Assembly (NCBI GenBank): GCA_016209345.1
Contig: JACQWH010000026.1
Coordinates: 1 to 32,839, forward strand
Direction of reading: 5' to 3'
Length of the DNA stretch: 32,839 nucleotides
Source: Candidatus Uhrbacteria bacterium
GTDB lineage: Bacteria > Patescibacteriota > Patescibacteriia > JACQRZ01
Shown: positions 7,701 through 16,800 of the stretch, piece by piece
Layout: each line of letters begins with the position of its first letter
Position numbering within the stretch: position 1 is the stretch's first letter
The notes under the pieces: generated by a model
Seen by the model: only the letters and a program-made list of their open reading frames with translations
Told to the model about the DNA's origin: nothing
The model's database searches: none
Translations under genes and position numbers: made by a program

Positions 7701-10700
7701 TCGGGATGTAAGAGTGACGAGCGGCAGTCAGGTTGTCACCATGCCGGGTGGATTTAATGTCACCGGAACGGTCGCGGCTGGGCTCAATCTCGTGTTTCCA
7801 ACCGCATCGGCAACGGGAATCCAGTTGCCTACGCCCGGATTTAATTTTAATCCCTCAACAAACACCACATTTACCCATTACCGTATTGTATTGAGCGCGA
7901 CGCAGGATTTTGCAACCGCGCTGTGGAACTATGTTTTTCCAAAGCCGGATGCGCAAGGTACGAATGGAAGTCATTGTACCGCGACTTCATGCAATGTGAA
8001 TTATTCAGCGGGAAACTTTCTCACAATCACCCCCGCGTCGACGCTGACGTCAAACACAACATATTACTGGAAAGTGGAGACCTATCAGGATCCCACACCA
8101 ACAACACAGTTTGCATCATCGGATGTAATAGATCAAAACAGGAAGGAAAACACGCCGGTTCGCAGTTTCACCACCTCGGCATCAGTGACGGATGTCCAGC
8201 CGCCGCAAATAGAACATCGTCCGGTTGTCCAGGCGCGCGCAAACGCGTTGGTTACCGTGTACGCGCGCGTGCTTGACAATATCGCAAGCGCGAGCACGAC
8301 GCCGGCCCTTTCCACGACATTGTCTGCCTGTGCAGGTTCCGGATGCACGCCCTCAACATCAACACTGCCAAGCGCGGATGCAAATGACGGCGTTGTTGCC
8401 GGAACGCATGCGCAGAACGGATACTATAGCTATGTTCTCCCGTCGGCGTTTATTACCGCAACCGTAGGAACTATTGTACGGTATTATATTACCGCCACTG
8501 ACGGCACCAATACGAACAATTTTTATCAGCCGGGCGGAACAACGCCGTTTCAGTTCGCAACAACGGCGGCTATCGCATCGAGCGGCGTGACCATTACCGG
8601 TACGGTAAAAGACACCAGCGACGCATGTCCTGCCGGTGTGCAGGGATCGCTTGTGTTTGCCGAAGGCAGCGGTTTTAGCGCGACGACAGGAGCGGATTGC
8701 GCCTATACATTGGGTGCGGCAAATAACGGATTGGCCGTAGGATTCCCCTATGACCTTGTTGTGGCAAAAGACGGATACTCAACCCAACGAAGAGATGCCG
8801 TTCCGGCAGGGTCAACAAGCATTGCTGTTCAACTGGGGCAGGGCGCTACCGGCGGATTTGGCGGAGACACGACGCGGCCGCGTGTACTGCGCTCAATGCC
8901 CGGTGACAAGATGCAGAATGTGCCGGGGAATGATTCAAACATGAGGATTTTGGTGGTGTTTGACAAACCAATGAGTCAGACATCGGTACTGACAAGTGGC
9001 AATATGGTGGTCAATTCCGTGAATGTTCAGACAGGGGTCCTTACCAACATTACCGCAAACGGGTCATGGGCGTATTATTCAACCTATACCATGCCGTTTG
9101 GTGGAACAGAATCAAATGTCGCGGTATGGTCGTTTTCCGGCACAAATACGTTTGGCGATAGCAAGACGATCGCGGTAAAGGTGACGCCAAGCGTTCTTGA
9201 CACATCAGGAAACGCCGTGCAGGGAAATTTGACTGACGGGAGTTATTCATTTTCGTTCACGACCGGCTCAAGTGCAACATCCGTTGGTTTCAACACGGCA
9301 ACCGGAACGTTTGCTGACGGTGGAGTGTTCGGTCAAGGCACAAACATTGCACCGCACGTGACAACAACGGCACCGTCCATGGGTTCGCCCAGCGTACCGC
9401 GCAATACGAAGATCATGATTAACTTTGACACCTCCATGGCCGATGATGCTGTGGGTACGTATACGCTCGCAAGCGGCGTGAAGCTGTTTGAGGTGTCCTC
9501 GGCAGGTGTCGAGACAGATGTCACGTCATTGGCAGTAAACGCCGTCACGCTGACATCTGATAAGAAAGCCGCAACCGTCACGCTTAAAACCACCTATCCA
9601 AGCGAATGCACCGGCGTGGCCTGTGGCGTATTTAAGGCAACCACTCGTTATCGCCTGAAGGTGCTCGGGTCGGCAAAAGCCGCAAACGGAATGACCATGC
9701 GCGCCCCGGGACAGGAAACGCAAGTGGCGTTTATGAGCGACTTTACAACATCCGCCTCTTCTGACACTGTTGCGCCGACCATTGTCGGATCTGATCCGAC
9801 GACGAATGCGGCCGATGTTCCTTCGATGCTTGGGTCGGTGAGCGTGTCGTTTGATAAGGACATGGATTCTTCATCAATTACGACCTCAACCATGACCCTG
9901 ACGACCGGCTCAACAGCGGTCACCGGCACGGTTGAGTATCGGCCGATGGAGCGCACCGCGTATTTTATTCCGTCGCGCGTATTGACGCCGACCACGCAAT
10001 ACACGCTCTCTCTTACCGCCGGAGTTCGGGGAATCAACGGTACGGCAATAGCGGCGGCAACGCGCGCGTTTACCACCGGCTCTGCCGACACGTCCGCGCC
10101 CACTGTGACGTCGCTGACAGCGGATGACACAAACATCTCAATATCATTCAGCAAACCGATGAACTCATCACCGGCAACCGATACGACAAACTTTACGTCC
10201 AGCGTACTGCGCGTTGCCAACTATACGGTGAAATACGGAACAGCGGGGTTTAACGCGGCAACCGCGGGTACAACACTTACACTTCCCGCGACTGCGCAGA
10301 TTACCTATGATGGGAAGAACAATGCGGCGATGATTTCCGGATACCGTCCGACGAGCACGACTGCGGCGCAAGTTCAGGGACAACAGCTCTATGTCGCGGT
10401 TGCAAACGCAAAGGACATCGGAGGAAACGCAATCAGCACCTCCGGGACCGCTCCGGATACCGCAAATACCAGCCGTGCAACCGTGCAGAACAGCGCGACC
10501 ACCCAAGGACAACTCGGGCCGATGACCATTACCAATGACATGATGAAAGCGGTTGGTGATTTTAAGCCAACCACATTTTCCTCTGCAACATTCGGATTCG
10601 CGCCGCAAACGGAAGTACGGCCGTTCAATATGATGACCGGCACCACCACAATTTACGGCGTACATTTGTCTCTCTCGCGGCAGATACCGGATGGAGGCGC

Positions 10701-13700
10701 CATCGTGCTTACCTTCCCGCAAGGGTTTAATGTATCCGGCGCAAAACAGGATATCAACTCTCCGAAACGCCGCGACATAAACGGGCCGGGCACCGGCACC
10801 GTCACGTTCAAGTGCCAGACGAACGTCGCGGGAATGTCCGGCGCGAAGTCCTGCGGAGGCGGCGCGGCAAATGCCGATGATACCGGAACCGCGCAAGGAG
10901 GTCTTGCCGATGACGGGGTTGTGGTAAACGCGAATGCGCGAACCATCACCATTTATGTGAGCGGGGCAACCAACAGCGAAGGACATGATGTGCTTGATTT
11001 TGACATCGGGGGCATCGTCAACTCAACCGTTCCAAAGGATTTCAACACGAGCGGATATACCGTGAGCATCGCGACAAAGAACGGTACGACAAATCTTGAA
11101 ACACTGAGCTCAGTGCCATTCTTTATCCAGTCGGCGGGGACCACCACCTATACGCTTACCGGAACGATTACCGCGACAAACAATAATCAGAGCGGAACGA
11201 TTTCGGTATTCCTTGACTCGCCAATGACCGGCCCGCTTGAGGCAACATCTGCGGATTTTGGCGGCGGACAAACGGCAACGTATTCTTTCTCCAATCTCCC
11301 GCCCGGTGATTATGGATTGAGAACAGAACCGTACGTAAAGATTAATGACACGACTGAATTTCTCGGGAAATTTCCGGAGCGCGTGATGATGAGCGCAAAC
11401 ACCGTGCGCAATTTTACGCTCTCAAGCGCGACCGCGGCAGGTACGGGAACCTCGGTAACGGTTTCCGTTGACGGACCGTCAAGTGAGCCCATTGATATTT
11501 TCGCAAATGGTCCGGCCGGATTCCGCGTGATGCAAAAAACGCTTGACACCAATGCCGGTGCTGAAAACTTTACGATTCGCCTGTCAGACGGCGACTGGTT
11601 CCTTGGGGTTGGTCCCCAAATGCCAAAAGGACAGATGTCCGGCCCGCCGCCTTCGCCGAGCTATCTCCCGCCGCGGCCGGTCAATATCCGTATCAGCGGC
11701 GCTACTTGTGTGATTGAGGGAACCACGACGTGTACCAAAGCATTTACTCTCACCGCATCAACGAAGGAAATACGCGGTATCGTGAAAGATCTCGCAAGCA
11801 AAGTTATAGCAAACGCCAATGTGTTTGCGTACTCACCGTCCGGAACATCAATGGGAAACTTTGCGAAAACAGACACCACCGGAACGTTTATTCTCAATGT
11901 CACCCAAGGAGTGTTTAATGTCGGCGCGGTTATTGAAGGCATGCCCCAATCAAAGGAAGTGCCGGTTGAGGTGGTAAATGACGTGACTACGGGCGCGAAT
12001 ACAAACCTCAAGATTGACGGTGCCGCAACAGCAGTCACGGCTACCGCGGCCGCAACATCTTTTGTGTTGAAGTTGGCAAAACCAGATTATACGATTTCCG
12101 GAAAAGTGACTGACGGGACCAATGTTATCAACGGCGCGTCTGTCTATGCATATAAGCAGGGTGCGCCCGGACGATCCGGCGCCGCAACAGACAGTTCCGG
12201 AAATTATTCCCTCTTTGTGTCAGCTGGTACATGGAGTGTCGGCGCCTTCTTGCCCCAATACGGAAATCTGACTGAACAGACCGTCATCGTCACAACGGCA
12301 AACGCGACGGATATCAATTTCTCGCCAGGGACATCCTACGCGGTCTCCGGAACCGTCACTGTTGGCGGCACCGCGCGGGAAGGAGCCCGAGTGCGCATTA
12401 AGAACAGTTCATACTTTAATGAAACATTTACCGATACACTCGGAGCGTACAGCTTTAATGTGCCGCAAGGAAACGGCTATGTCGTTGACGGATTCGTGCC
12501 GGGTTTTGGAGATATCGCGCCATTAGCCGCGTTTAATGTATCGGCGGCTGTACCGAACAAAGATCTTACGGTCGCGACCCTGCGCACTATCACGATGACG
12601 TTTTCCTCATCGGTTGCAAGCGCGTTTGTTGAACTCCGTTCAACAACAGGGGCGAATATCCGGAAGAAAATTGAGAATTCAACCACCGGAACGCTTTCGG
12701 CGCCTGACGGCAGTTATATCGTAAATATTGATATGCAGGGAGCGCCGATTCCGTTTACCGCCGTTGCCGCAACCGATGGAAGCACGACCTATGCGAGCGC
12801 GACAGGTATTATGACGGTTGCCGACGGTAATGAAGGACTTACCGTCACCGTTCCAACATTGCGAACGATTACGGTTACCGTTCGCGACGGAGCAAGCGCA
12901 TTATTGGCAGATGCGTGGGTTGAACTTATGAATCCGACCAGCGGTGAGCACTTCGGGAGCAAAACGGGCACAAACGGTCAGGCGACGTTGCGCGCGGCTG
13001 ATGGTTCATACTTTATCAACGCAATGAAGCCCGGGTATTACCGCGTGCCGACCTCATTGACAGTCAATGCGGCTGTCGGGACGCAGGCGCTTGTTCTTAC
13101 GGCAGCAACGAAAACAATAGCGGGTACTGTGCTTATCGGCACAACAGGCGCGGCAAATGCGTTTGTGAGAGCCGAAAAGCAGGGCGGTGGATTTGCCGGA
13201 GCAATGACTGATGCAAATGGGCAGTATACGCTCTCTGTGGCGGAAGGCATCTGGAGAGTATTTGCGCGATCCGACGGATATGCAGAGGCGGAACTGAGCG
13301 CCACTGTTGATACGACAACCGCATCGGCGATCGGTAAAGATATTACCCTTACCACAACTGTCACGGTGTCAGCACCGAAGTCAAAGCCGATGACGCCGTC
13401 AACGGGCGGCAGCATTGAAGATACATCGGCAGGTATTAAGGTGAACGTGCCGGCAAACGCGCTGGGCAGCTCATCGTCAGCCGGAAATATGCAGGTGAAG
13501 AAGACGACGAATTATACGCAGACAGAGACCGCGCGACCGGTCGCCGCAGTTGAGATTAGCGCGACTGACGCAAATGGCACCCCCATTAAAACATTGACAG
13601 AAAGCGTGACGGTTGAGCTCACCTATACGAAGTCAGAGCTTGCGACAACAGCATCCTCATCGGATTCGTCCATTAACACAATGTCAGAAATTGAAAAACT

Positions 13701-14904
13701 CGATGTTGGTTTCTGGGATGAATCGGTATCAAACTGGACGACATTGTCCACGACAACGACCTATGTTGACTCAACAGGAGCAGTCGTCACGAGTCCGTCC
13801 GAAGATCTTTCCAATGTTGCGAGTGTGAAATTGAGCGCCCTGACCGATCACTTCTCCTTGTTTGCGCCGGTAGTTCCAACCGATCCGTCAGCACCATCAG
13901 CGCCGACTAACTTCGTCACAGGCACATCGACGACCAGCACAATCAACTTGCAGTGGACCGCAGTAAGCGGCGCGACCGGTTATGACATCTATCGCAGCAC
14001 ATCGTCGGACGGCACCTTTAGCCGTATTGGTTCCGAGCCAACCGTGTCGAGCGGATCAACGGTCACCTATCAGGATACGGGACTGAGTGCCGGCACGGCG
14101 TACTTCTATAAGATTTCCGCGTTGAACAATAACGGCGAGTCAGCCGCGTCAAGCGCAGCAACAACGTCAACGGCATCTTCAACGTCGAGCAGCAGTTCAA
14201 GCAGCTCCGGAGGCGGAGGAGGAAGCAGCTATGTGGCGGCGGCATCGGCAGCAACAACAACCGCAGCAGCAAAGACGGAAACAGCGACAGCAGGCGCAAC
14301 AGCCGTGACGAGCGTCGGTGCTGGCAAATTTGAGATTACTGTCCCGGCAACGGCGGCAAAAGCATCCGCAACTCCCGCAACACCGGCAACTCCAGCTGTT
14401 CCGGGCGTCTCAGCGGCACAAGCAGCAGCACCGGCAACGCCCGCCCTTGCGGCAGAAAAAGTACTCACCGCTGTTCCTGATGCGAAAATTATCGCCCTTC
14501 CGTCGTTCTCACGCTATCTTGCGCAAGGAGCTCGCGGAAAAGATGTCGAAGCGCTCCAGCTTATCTTGCAGGCGAACGGGTACTATAAAGGAAAAGTATC
14601 AGGTATCTTGAATGCGGATACAGTCAAGGCGGTCAAGACGCTTCAGACCTCGGCAAAGATTGCCACGGCAAAGACGGCAGGATACGGCGATGTCGGTCCC
14701 AAGACGCGAGCGTTCCTGAACTCACTGGTTAAGGAAGCAAAGGCAGAGGTGAAGGCGGAGCAGCAATCCATAGACGCAAAAGCCCCGGCAAAACAAGAGA
14801 CGAAAAAAGAGACGGCGGCGCATTCCGTAAAAACAGAACAGCCATCATCATCCTCGTCGGGTGGGACGGCGCTTGATCTTCTAAAGAAATTGCAAAAGCA
14901 ATAA
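4753..14904 (+). CDS. Giant (3383 aa) secreted cell-surface protein: Ig-like, Big_5, IPT and carboxypeptidase-regulatory-like repeats, ZU5-like domain, FN3, C-terminal peptidoglycan-binding domain
   Basis: Signal-like N-terminus ending ANA; T/G/A/S-rich. About five DT..P.(I/V)...(V/I).F(S/D).(P/D)(M/V) SbsA-type Ig repeats and several ISG.V.D....GA.V...TD..G.Y repeats. FN3 (PSAPTNF..LQW..GYDIYRS..YQDTGL...YFYKISA), Ser/Gly and Ala/Pro linkers, and YLAQGARGKDVEALQ..L...GY...VGPKTRAFLN (PG_binding_1-like). Confidence 0.9.
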   Translation: MRHIFRKARRCVERVMYITTIASTVLWTLGPAALPANATISILTSVSSATSAQTIGPSSVPTAIFGINAVGDGGENFTSFSLAITPSAGFVMSDLAALGTGASSGIALYRDDGATQGSFDAATDANIALGLPPIITDGSTRISKLMPSDSVGVSATNQVVGSAGRDMNFVVGDLIFGNTTANSASLNTYDWHVVTTAENITTDAAPTTLRLDANAGGAPTFAASTRISQLTPASTGSYVINGTSNTTTPALTTGDIIFYQTGAGAGTWGMVTGNFTAAASPVNGANLGNATYRISKLSALTGSFVVSGTDTITAPGTGYTTPVVGDIVLYRSGGQALWGIVTNATLTSGTFAVNNAALPPGTYQISKVNAYTPSSALTSAIPTDQNAFNTSDLVFGMPTQNPITTSYNWHITTGDSSGNAANFRLDDRMSAPAFGFSAMIATGGAEPVPANNTGTNEGSDYYVALRTSASAVNGHAFTAGLAPGTFVLTGGVAGLPTETPSQTYTIATTAQQSQSAGANTTVMDMTNGFLKLKQSSNFKAVARVQFGSTENTKTLTSIAISFATANSTTPTWTASGAVSSELLDLAATGGGISLWKDGGTAGFGLNGAGDTQVTLAASPVYGASNAFTITPATAPTIASDDVYFIVLKSDTSGVANNNAFTVNMATTAITTSGTSPTIGAFQTPPIVMDTTVPTIASVSDVPGQTTKLSVRFSEPVRKLNDAGALTTSDLTYTNDATNGSGRTVSSISHSPGADIAELTMSGALAAGDFDGTPSRLAASGADKIEDMAGNAMATTATNLGSPLIITTSVIPATYVAAVYDATTPLVTFAAQGGAGTYTFAGNTQADTDALVALLGASPLAGATGKLTGTVQANTAGTRNVTIKVTDGAAATATKQFTINVAATQGGGVPGLTNVTPPSGAQSATNLSIAITGTNTSFTSASTVAFLLNGTADTNITVGTVTANSATSITVPITSIAAGATAGARDVRVTSGSQVVTMPGGFNVTGTVAAGLNLVFPTASATGIQLPTPGFNFNPSTNTTFTHYRIVLSATQDFATALWNYVFPKPDAQGTNGSHCTATSCNVNYSAGNFLTITPASTLTSNTTYYWKVETYQDPTPTTQFASSDVIDQNRKENTPVRSFTTSASVTDVQPPQIEHRPVVQARANALVTVYARVLDNIASASTTPALSTTLSACAGSGCTPSTSTLPSADANDGVVAGTHAQNGYYSYVLPSAFITATVGTIVRYYITATDGTNTNNFYQPGGTTPFQFATTAAIASSGVTITGTVKDTSDACPAGVQGSLVFAEGSGFSATTGADCAYTLGAANNGLAVGFPYDLVVAKDGYSTQRRDAVPAGSTSIAVQLGQGATGGFGGDTTRPRVLRSMPGDKMQNVPGNDSNMRILVVFDKPMSQTSVLTSGNMVVNSVNVQTGVLTNITANGSWAYYSTYTMPFGGTESNVAVWSFSGTNTFGDSKTIAVKVTPSVLDTSGNAVQGNLTDGSYSFSFTTGSSATSVGFNTATGTFADGGVFGQGTNIAPHVTTTAPSMGSPSVPRNTKIMINFDTSMADDAVGTYTLASGVKLFEVSSAGVETDVTSLAVNAVTLTSDKKAATVTLKTTYPSECTGVACGVFKATTRYRLKVLGSAKAANGMTMRAPGQETQVAFMSDFTTSASSDTVAPTIVGSDPTTNAADVPSMLGSVSVSFDKDMDSSSITTSTMTLTTGSTAVTGTVEYRPMERTAYFIPSRVLTPTTQYTLSLTAGVRGINGTAIAAATRAFTTGSADTSAPTVTSLTADDTNISISFSKPMNSSPATDTTNFTSSVLRVANYTVKYGTAGFNAATAGTTLTLPATAQITYDGKNNAAMISGYRPTSTTAAQVQGQQLYVAVANAKDIGGNAISTSGTAPDTANTSRATVQNSATTQGQLGPMTITNDMMKAVGDFKPTTFSSATFGFAPQTEVRPFNMMTGTTTIYGVHLSLSRQIPDGGAIVLTFPQGFNVSGAKQDINSPKRRDINGPGTGTVTFKCQTNVAGMSGAKSCGGGAANADDTGTAQGGLADDGVVVNANARTITIYVSGATNSEGHDVLDFDIGGIVNSTVPKDFNTSGYTVSIATKNGTTNLETLSSVPFFIQSAGTTTYTLTGTITATNNNQSGTISVFLDSPMTGPLEATSADFGGGQTATYSFSNLPPGDYGLRTEPYVKINDTTEFLGKFPERVMMSANTVRNFTLSSATAAGTGTSVTVSVDGPSSEPIDIFANGPAGFRVMQKTLDTNAGAENFTIRLSDGDWFLGVGPQMPKGQMSGPPPSPSYLPPRPVNIRISGATCVIEGTTTCTKAFTLTASTKEIRGIVKDLASKVIANANVFAYSPSGTSMGNFAKTDTTGTFILNVTQGVFNVGAVIEGMPQSKEVPVEVVNDVTTGANTNLKIDGAATAVTATAAATSFVLKLAKPDYTISGKVTDGTNVINGASVYAYKQGAPGRSGAATDSSGNYSLFVSAGTWSVGAFLPQYGNLTEQTVIVTTANATDINFSPGTSYAVSGTVTVGGTAREGARVRIKNSSYFNETFTDTLGAYSFNVPQGNGYVVDGFVPGFGDIAPLAAFNVSAAVPNKDLTVATLRTITMTFSSSVASAFVELRSTTGANIRKKIENSTTGTLSAPDGSYIVNIDMQGAPIPFTAVAATDGSTTYASATGIMTVADGNEGLTVTVPTLRTITVTVRDGASALLADAWVELMNPTSGEHFGSKTGTNGQATLRAADGSYFINAMKPGYYRVPTSLTVNAAVGTQALVLTAATKTIAGTVLIGTTGAANAFVRAEKQGGGFAGAMTDANGQYTLSVAEGIWRVFARSDGYAEAELSATVDTTTASAIGKDITLTTTVTVSAPKSKPMTPSTGGSIEDTSAGIKVNVPANALGSSSSAGNMQVKKTTNYTQTETARPVAAVEISATDANGTPIKTLTESVTVELTYTKSELATTASSSDSSINTMSEIEKLDVGFWDESVSNWTTLSTTTTYVDSTGAVVTSPSEDLSNVASVKLSALTDHFSLFAPVVPTDPSAPSAPTNFVTGTSTTSTINLQWTAVSGATGYDIYRSTSSDGTFSRIGSEPTVSSGSTVTYQDTGLSAGTAYFYKISALNNNGESAASSAATTSTASSTSSSSSSSSGGGGGSSYVAAASAATTTAAAKTETATAGATAVTSVGAGKFEITVPATAAKASATPATPATPAVPGVSAAQAAAPATPALAAEKVLTAVPDAKIIALPSFSRYLAQGARGKDVEALQLILQANGYYKGKVSGILNADTVKAVKTLQTSAKIATAKTAGYGDVGPKTRAFLNSLVKEAKAEVKAEQQSIDAKAPAKQETKKETAAHSVKTEQPSSSSSGGTALDLLKKLQKQ

Positions 14905-14926
14905 TACTATTTATATCCTTACGCGT

Positions 14927-16429
14927 ATGATATACAGATATGTCATTTCGGCGCTGATTTTTTCTTTCTTGTTTCTTACCGGCGCGGTATCTGCCCAAGA
15001 GCAGAATCAGCAGCAAGATCAGGCGATTGGAGGCCAGCAGCAGAACATGCAGCAGGGCCAGCAACAGAATATACAGGGTCAACAGAAAGATATGCGGAGG
15101 GTGGACGGTGATATGCGAAAAGATATAAAAAATCCCCGCGAAGATGTTCAAGGGGGCAAAGATATGAGGCGCGATGGCGACAAGATGATGGACAATCAGG
15201 GAAAGACGAACCAGCTTCAGAATAAGCAGCAGCGCCAAGGTGCTCAGATGAAGGGGCAAGAAAATCAGAATCGCGGGAAGGAAGGCGAAATGATGATAGA
15301 TGAACAAGATCAAAATGGATGCGCCGAGGGAACAACCTGTGATGGTCCCAGCGAGGAAGAGATGGCAGAGCAAGAGAAACGTATGGAAGAACAAGAAAAG
15401 AAGCGCGATGAACAGCGGTTCAAACAGATGAAGCAGGGGATGAAGCAGTTTACCGGTGGCGTGAAAAGAATGAAATCAGAGCTATCAAAGCTTGAAAAAA
15501 AGCTTGCAAAATGCGGTGCCGGAATCCCCGAAGAGTTAAAGACGGCAATTGCCGCGAGCGAAGCGGCGGTGCCCAAGATCGAAGCGGCAAAGACCGCCGA
15601 CGAGCTAGAAGAGGTCATGGACAGTATTGGCGAGAATGGCGAGATGATGCGCGAGTGGGGCCCGAAAATGGGAGACCTTCATCGAGGATGCGACATGCTG
15701 AAACGAGCGGATCAGGATCTCAAGAAGATGAAAAAGGAAGTGACCCGACTCGGAAAAAAAGTAGCGGCACAAAAAAAGTTCGATCTCTCGGAGCTTCTGA
15801 ATGACTTGAAGGTTGAGTTTGACAAAATTGCTGCTGCCTTGCAGAAAGCAAAGGATCTCGCGAAGACCGATCCGGAGGGCGCGCTTGAAGCGCTCGACGA
15901 TGAGTTTTTCGACGGGTCATCCGATTTCTATCTTACACGCGAGGCGCTTGACATGGCACTCAATGTGACAAAGGGACTGAAACAATCCGACAGCGAAATC
16001 AAACGCTATACTCGGCTCATTACCCAGCTTGAGAAGCAGAAAAAAGATGTCGGAGAGCTTAAAGATCTTCTCGCCCAGCTCAAAAGCAAGCAAACGGAAA
16101 TCACCGCCCTTGTGAAACAGAAGAAGTTTGACCCCGAAGATCTCGTATCGCTTATAGAGGAGGCATTCGATGTGCGCGATGAGCTTGTCAATGCATTGGA
16201 AGGTCTCGGCGCGATCAAGGATTACATGCCGCAATTCAAGAGCGGACCGGGAGTCAAGTTTGATCTCCCGCCCGGATTCGAACGCCAACAGCAAACGCCA
16301 CAGCGGGAACAATTTCAGAACGATGAAGGCGAGCGACAGGAAAGGGGGCTGCAGAATATGGAATTTGACATGAATGATATTCAGTCCTTCTTCCAGAAGA
16401 CAGAGAATAAAACAGTTGCCTCGCTCTAA
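14927..16429 (+). CDS. Secreted alpha-helical/coiled-coil protein with Gln-rich N-terminal region
   Basis: Signal peptide ending VSA-Q, a Q/G/M low-complexity tract, then K/E/L-rich helical repeats. Starts 22 nt after the giant gene. Confidence 0.85.
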   Translation: MIYRYVISALIFSFLFLTGAVSAQEQNQQQDQAIGGQQQNMQQGQQQNIQGQQKDMRRVDGDMRKDIKNPREDVQGGKDMRRDGDKMMDNQGKTNQLQNKQQRQGAQMKGQENQNRGKEGEMMIDEQDQNGCAEGTTCDGPSEEEMAEQEKRMEEQEKKRDEQRFKQMKQGMKQFTGGVKRMKSELSKLEKKLAKCGAGIPEELKTAIAASEAAVPKIEAAKTADELEEVMDSIGENGEMMREWGPKMGDLHRGCDMLKRADQDLKKMKKEVTRLGKKVAAQKKFDLSELLNDLKVEFDKIAAALQKAKDLAKTDPEGALEALDDEFFDGSSDFYLTREALDMALNVTKGLKQSDSEIKRYTRLITQLEKQKKDVGELKDLLAQLKSKQTEITALVKQKKFDPEDLVSLIEEAFDVRDELVNALEGLGAIKDYMPQFKSGPGVKFDLPPGFERQQQTPQREQFQNDEGERQERGLQNMEFDMNDIQSFFQKTENKTVASL

Positions 16430-16439
16430 GAGCTGATAG

Positions 16440-16470
16440 AAAATCCCCCGATTCCAATCGGGGGATTTTT
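16440..16470 (+). terminator. Intrinsic terminator closing the two-gene surface operon
   Basis: aaaatcccccgatt-cc-aatcgggggattttt. Confidence 0.85.
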
Positions 16471-16515
16471 GTGTTTTCCCTCCGTTCAAGCACACGAACA
16501 TTATTGATACACTTA

Positions 16516-16670
16516 GGGCTTGGAAACAAATAATCACTCAAATCTCATCTCATCTTCAGATCATCTTTACGTAAAAAAATCCTCAAAATATGACTATAGT
16601 ATTCATATTTTTTAACATAAATCTGATATAAATCTGAGCGAACTTGGAGTGATAATTTATTTCCAAGCCC
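16516..16670. mobile_element. 155-bp MITE-like element with TTA direct flanks
   Basis: tta|gggcttggaaacaaataatcactcaaa ... ttggagtgataatttatttccaagccc|tta: ~27-bp terminal IR with 3 mismatches and no ORF. Confidence 0.7.
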
Positions 16671-16715
16671 TTACATACTCCCCGTTGATTTTCAGTTGGG
16701 CTCATCTTGGAAGGG

Positions 16716-16800
16716 GATTGGATAGAGTCAAGTGCGTAAAATATGCTATAGCATATTTTACGCACTGAATGAACCTTTTTATCATTTTATTCAAAGACCT
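16716..16800. repeat. ~85-bp repeat copy B (inverted relative to 238-323) with a 36-bp perfect palindrome (16731-16766)
   Basis: agtgcgtaaaatatgcta|tagcatattttacgcact. Flanks gattggatag and aagacct match copy A on the opposite strand. Confidence 0.9.

Noticed and set aside
4753-14904. Diversity-generating retroelement target or intein in the giant protein
   Set aside because: No reverse transcriptase, no TR/VR pair differing at adenines, and no Hint-domain motifs seen.
5316-16541. Many antisense and alternate-frame ORFs over the giant gene and its partner
   Set aside because: These are shadow ORFs expected from Thr/Ala/Gly- or Gln/Lys-biased codons; no motifs or translation signals.
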